Assembly (NCBI GenBank): GCA_032718475.1
Contig: JAUCBJ010001786.1
Span: 25,226 to 89,225, forward strand
DNA length: 64,000 nucleotides
Source of the DNA: Nemertoderma westbladi
Lineage: Eukaryota; Animalia; Xenacoelomorpha
Direction: 5' to 3'
Below, piece after piece: positions 59,301-64,000 of this stretch. Numbering within the stretch: position 1 is the stretch's first letter; each line of letters opens with the position of its first letter. The position numbers were made by a program, and so were the translations under genes. The notes beneath the pieces were generated by a model. The model was not told the origin of the DNA. It saw only the letters and a program-made list of their open reading frames with translations, and ran no database searches.

Positions 59301-61459
59301 TTTTGAATAAAAACATATGTTTTCAGCGGTTGTCATGGTAACTGAAAAATAGAACAATGTAATTCGGATGCAGAATAAGTTATATAGTGGGGGTAGGGGT
59401 TGGTCCCAAGTCATAACACCTTAACCTTAGGCTTCAAATTAACATTTTATAAATTTTAACATCTGTCTAGCCCGGTTGCCAAGGTAACTGGATTTTCTAT
59501 TTAACCTCAATCGGCTCTGCTATGGACCTTATAGTTGTGTTGAGAAACCCCAAGTTTATATCTATTATAGTTTTCCTACAAATAGAGTTTTAAATATTGA
59601 CTTGAAATACATAGACTTTTTTCTAAGTCCGTTGCCATGGAAACCAGATTTTTCCTGGATATGAGACCCAGCCCAAAAGATGCGCCTCGACGAGTAGTAT
59701 ATACATGCAAAATTTCAGGGTACTTTTAAAGGCTAGTTTTTTCACCGGTCAAAAAAAACCAAATCTGCTCCATACAAGTAAAATAGCCCACTATGAATAG
59801 ACCATCTCAGCTAAGGAAAATCTTTCTTAGCGAAAGTAGTTGATTTTCCTTAGCTTCGTGGATACTAGAAAGGCATTTCCTAAAGGAAATGCAACCACGA
59901 AGCTAAGGAAAATTAAAAATACGGCCACACTTTGGTTTGTTGCTTAGCCTAGTTTAGTAGCATTTGCCAATAATTAATTAAGTTCTATTCCCATGGAAAC
60001 TAGAGTTCTCTGGAAATGTTGGTTTAACGAGAAAGGCATTTCCTAAAGGAAATGCAACCACGAAGCTAAGGAAAATTAAACAAACGGCCACACTTTGGTT
60101 CGTTGCTTAGCCTCATTAAGTAGCAATTGTCAATAATTAACTTCTATTCTCATGGAAACTAGAGTTCTCTGGAACTGTTGCTTTAACCTTTGAAAAAAGT
60201 TCAGTAGAGATTGTGGTTCAGATAACACATATACTGAGTTTCAGAAAATATTGTAGTTTATGTCCCAATTACCAATTTTCTATCAAAATGCATCTGTTTG
60301 CAGTGGTTGTCATGGAAACTGGAAAATAGAACAATGTAATTCGGATGCAGAATAAGTCATATAGTGGGGGTAGGGGTTAGTCCCAAGTCATAATACTATT
60401 AACTTGTGCTTCAAATTATCATTTTATATATTTTAACATCTGTTTAGACTTGTTGCTATGGTAACTGTATTTTCTAATTAACCTCAAACGGCTTGGATAT
60501 GGATCTTATAGATGAGTTGCAAAACCCCAAGTTTATATATATTACAGTTTTGCTACAAATAGAGTTATCAATATAGATTTGAATGATATAGAGTTTAATA
60601 AACTACAGTTACCATGGTAACTAAATTTCTGGAATAATTTAAGTTTCACTAAAAGTTCCAACTAGTGGTCCAGATAACACATACCCAGTTTTGTAAAATT
60701 TTATCGTGAAGTCTATGTCCAAATGAATAAGTTTTGAATAAAAACATCTGTTTTCAGCGGTTGTCATGGTAACTGCAAAATAGAACAATCAAATTCGGAC
60801 GTAGAATAAGTTATATAGTGGGGGTAGGGATTGGTCCCAAGTCATCACACCTTAACCTTAGGCTTCAAATTAACATTTTAAAAATTTTAACATCTGTTTA
60901 GCCCGGTTGCCAAGGTAACTGAATTTTCTATTTAACCTCAATCGGCTCTGCTATGGACCTTATAGTTGTGTTCAGAAACCCCAAGTTTATATGTATTATA
61001 GTTTTCCTACAAATAGAGTTACACATATTGACTTGAAATACAGAGACTTTTTTCTAAGTCCGTTGCCATGGAAACAAGATTTTTCCCAGACATGTGACCT
61101 ATCCTACACGACGCGCCTTGATGAGTAGTATATATATGCAAAATTTCATGGTACTTTTAAAGGCTATTTTTTTCTGGAGTCAAAAAACACTAAATCTGCT
61201 CCATACAAGTAAAATAGCCCACTATGAATAACCATCTCAGCTAAGGAAAATCTTTCTTAGCGAAAGTAGTTGATTTTCCTTAGCTTCGTGGATTCTACTA
61301 AATGAAGATTAATGTCAGAATTATAACTTGTCACTAAAGGTTTTCTTAGATTACTGTAGGTGAATCACATTTTTCGCAAGTATGCAAATTACTGTACTCT
61401 GTGTATCTGTAAAGATAGGAGTCTGAAGTATCTGTGTATGATTTAATCCTGAGACATTA

Positions 61460-62628
61460 TTAGCAAGTCGTTAGACTTTGATGATTACTGTAAGAAAAAA
61501 AAGCTACTGGCTACTGGCTACTGGCTACTGGCTACTGACCTAGAGTAAAAACGGCTCTAACGATTTTGATGAAATTTTGCATGGACCATGAAAATGGATT
61601 TCTAAGGGTACTTGTGAAATCGCTGTTTAAATTGAAACATCTCAACTTGTTTTATTTCAAAAAATAGCCCCAAAACACGAAAATTGCCATAGGCGCAATG
61701 TTAAAACACCAGCTGGCACTCATGAAAAATGTATAGAGATGGCCTGGTAATGCATTCAATAGGAAGGACAACTAACAAAGAAGTACTTTGTGTGCCAAGT
61801 TTCTCTACTCTAGTTAAGTTACTCTACTCAAGTTACTCTACTCTACAACCCAGACAGTAATCAAACAAAACATTAACTGGTTTAGCTGGCTATTACAGTC
61901 TCAGCTGAATAACTCTTCCCAATGCATCCTTGCTATGTTAATTAATTGGCGTGCAAGCTAAATTACTGTTAGTTAAACAGTGTGTTGGCTACACAGTGTA
62001 TTGTACTATGCTCTCATCGCATTATTGTTTTATTTTGAAATCTTTGTGCCATCATTAATACTGTGGAGGCTGTATGCTTATAAGGCTGAATGTTTACTCA
62101 GCCTCATAATGATTCTCCATAAGGCTAACATTATAATTTGAAATATAAAAATCTGTTATAATAATAATATAATTGTTATATTTAATTAATATCGTGGTTT
62201 ACATTGAATAGTGTAAATTGTTAATCGCGGTTTACATTGAAACATCTCAACTTGTTATTTATTACAAAAATAAGAACGAATTTGTCTTATCACTTCTTGT
62301 GCGCGATTGTATTGAATTCATGACAACTGCTGTTATTATTATTATTAATCAATTGACACCTCGACTCCTCTCTGACACTCTGACTACTCTATTCGATAGA
62401 ATAAAATAATCATTTCGCTAACTGCTCTCTATCTTATAATCACAACAGCTTTTATAATTTATTAGATGATTACAACATAATAATTATAGTTTGAAGTTGT
62501 CTAGAAAAATTTTCGTACATCACCGGGACTACCCTCACACTAATTGATTATCAGACAGAAAAAAAGCTTTTACTTGATTCGTACTGTCTCCTACGACTTG
62601 CTTCACGGGCCGCTAGGCCCGTCTCTAG
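61460..62628 (+). mobile_element. Family B copy duplicated with the 6.25-kb segment
   Basis: Same sequence and flanks as 55213-56381, offset 6247. Confidence 0.88.
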
Positions 62629-64000
62629 TTTTTCCTTGTAAATTTACTAGAAAGGCATTTCCTAAAGGAAATGCAACCACGAAGCTAAGGAAAAATAAAC
62701 ATAAGTGCCACAATTTGGTTTGTTGCTTAGCCTAGTTTAGTAGCATTTGCCAATAAATAACTTATATTCCCATGGAAACTAGAATTCTCTGGAACTGTTG
62801 GTTTTACCTTTGAAAAAAGATTCAGTCCAGATTGTGGTTCAGATAACACATATACCGAGTTTCAGAAATTATTGTAGTTTATGCCCAAATTACCGATTTT
62901 CTATCAAAATGCATCTGTTTGCAGTGGTTGTCATGGAAACTAAAAAATAGAACAATGTAATTCGGATGCAGAATAAGTCATATAGTGGGGGTAGGTCTTG
63001 GTCCCAAGTCATAATACTATTAACTTGTGTTTCAAATTATCATTTTAGAAATTTTAACATCTGTTTAGTCTTGTTGCTATGGTAATTGGATTGTTTAATT
63101 GACCTCGAATGGATTGTATATGAACCTTACAGATGAGTTGCAAAACCCCAAATTTATATTTATTACATTATTTTGCTACAAATAGAGTATTGAATTTAGA
63201 CTTGAATGATATAGACTTTAATAAACTCCAGTTACCATGGTAACAAGATATTTCTGGAATGTTTTCAGTTTCACTAAAAGTTCCAACTAATGGTCCAGAT
63301 AACACATTCCCAGTTTCGTAAAATTTTATCGCGAAGTCTATGTCCAAATGAGTTATTTTTGTATAAAAACATCTGTGTTCAGCGGTTGTCATGGTAACTG
63401 TAAAATAGAACAATTAAATTCGGACGCAGAATAAGTTATATAGTGGGGGTAGGGATTGATCCCAAGTCAGAACACATTAACCTTAGGCTTCAAATTAACA
63501 TTTTAGAAATGTTAACATCTGTTTAGCCCGGTTGCCAAGGTAACTGGAATTTCTATTTAACCTCAATCGGCTCTACTATGGACCTTATAGTTGAATTGAG
63601 AAACCCCAAGTCTATATCTATTATAGTTTTTCGACAAATAGAGTTATAAATATTGACTTGAAATACATAGACTTTTTTATAAGTCCGTTGCCATGGAAAC
63701 CAGATTTTTCCTGTATATGAGACCCAGCCCAAAAGATGCGCCTTGACGAGTAGTATATACATGCAAAATTTTATGATACATTTAAAGGCTAGATTTTTCT
63801 GGAGTCAAAAAAAACCAAATCTGCCTCACACAAGTAAAATAGCCCACTATGAATACACCATCTCAGCTAAGGAAAATCTTTCTTAGCGAAAGTAGTTGAT
63901 TTTCCTTAGCTTCGTGGACATTAATTATGTGCTGATTCAACGATTTAATTTGACTTTAGAAAGTCATACTAGAAAGGCATTTCCTAAAGGAAATGCAACC

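Larger units (their letters stand above)
34330..64000. repeat. Satellite-like domain of a ~1.25-kb non-autonomous Helitron-like element (family A), many nested full and partial copies
   Basis: Recurrent head TCCACGAAGCTAAGGAAAATC and tail TTTTCCTTAGCTTCGTGG-hairpin(GCATTTCCTTTAGGAAATGC)-CTAG/CTCG. Copies are + up to 41805 and - afterwards. Confidence 0.9.
52260..64000. repeat. Recent segmental duplication, period ~6247 bp
   Basis: Identical ORF pairs 52972/59220, 55971/62218, 56297/62544 and 57307/63553; the unique junction sequences are also duplicated. Confidence 0.92.

Noticed and set aside
35227-63762. Recurrent short ORFs (MFYFAVTMTTAENRC..., MYILL...) as a gene family
   Set aside because: They are chance frames in a non-coding repeat, with frameshifts and stops that vary between copies.

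Overview
Repeat-dense eukaryotic (probably invertebrate animal) DNA made almost entirely of nested transposable elements; no host gene is recognisable. 1-5.6 kb holds decayed CR1/L2, RTEX-like and CRE-like LINE fragments and a Kolobok/Mutator-like DNA transposon whose transposase has one in-frame stop. 5643-23916 is a minus-strand, pol-less LTR element (TSD GTAGT). An 11.5-kb BEL/Pao element (6701-18178, TSD CCCCC) sits inside its polypurine tract. This BEL/Pao element is the most unusual object in the window. It has lost most of pol but keeps an open 866-aa extra ORF resembling a DEDDy 3'-5' exonuclease with C-terminal zinc knuckles. Each of its 1.5-kb LTRs carries five ~85-nt hairpins with covarying closing stems, mostly capped by cUUCGg tetraloops. 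24-34 kb holds a piggyBac-type MITE, Helentron-like elements, two minisatellites and a deleted Gypsy element whose gag start is fused in frame to an RTE reverse-transcriptase fragment. 34.3-64 kb is a satellite-like domain of one self-nesting ~1.25-kb non-autonomous Helitron-like element. It contains an orientation switch, a full-length piggyBac and a recent ~6.25-kb-period duplication. All calls come from motif recognition by eye; no database searches or folding programs were run.
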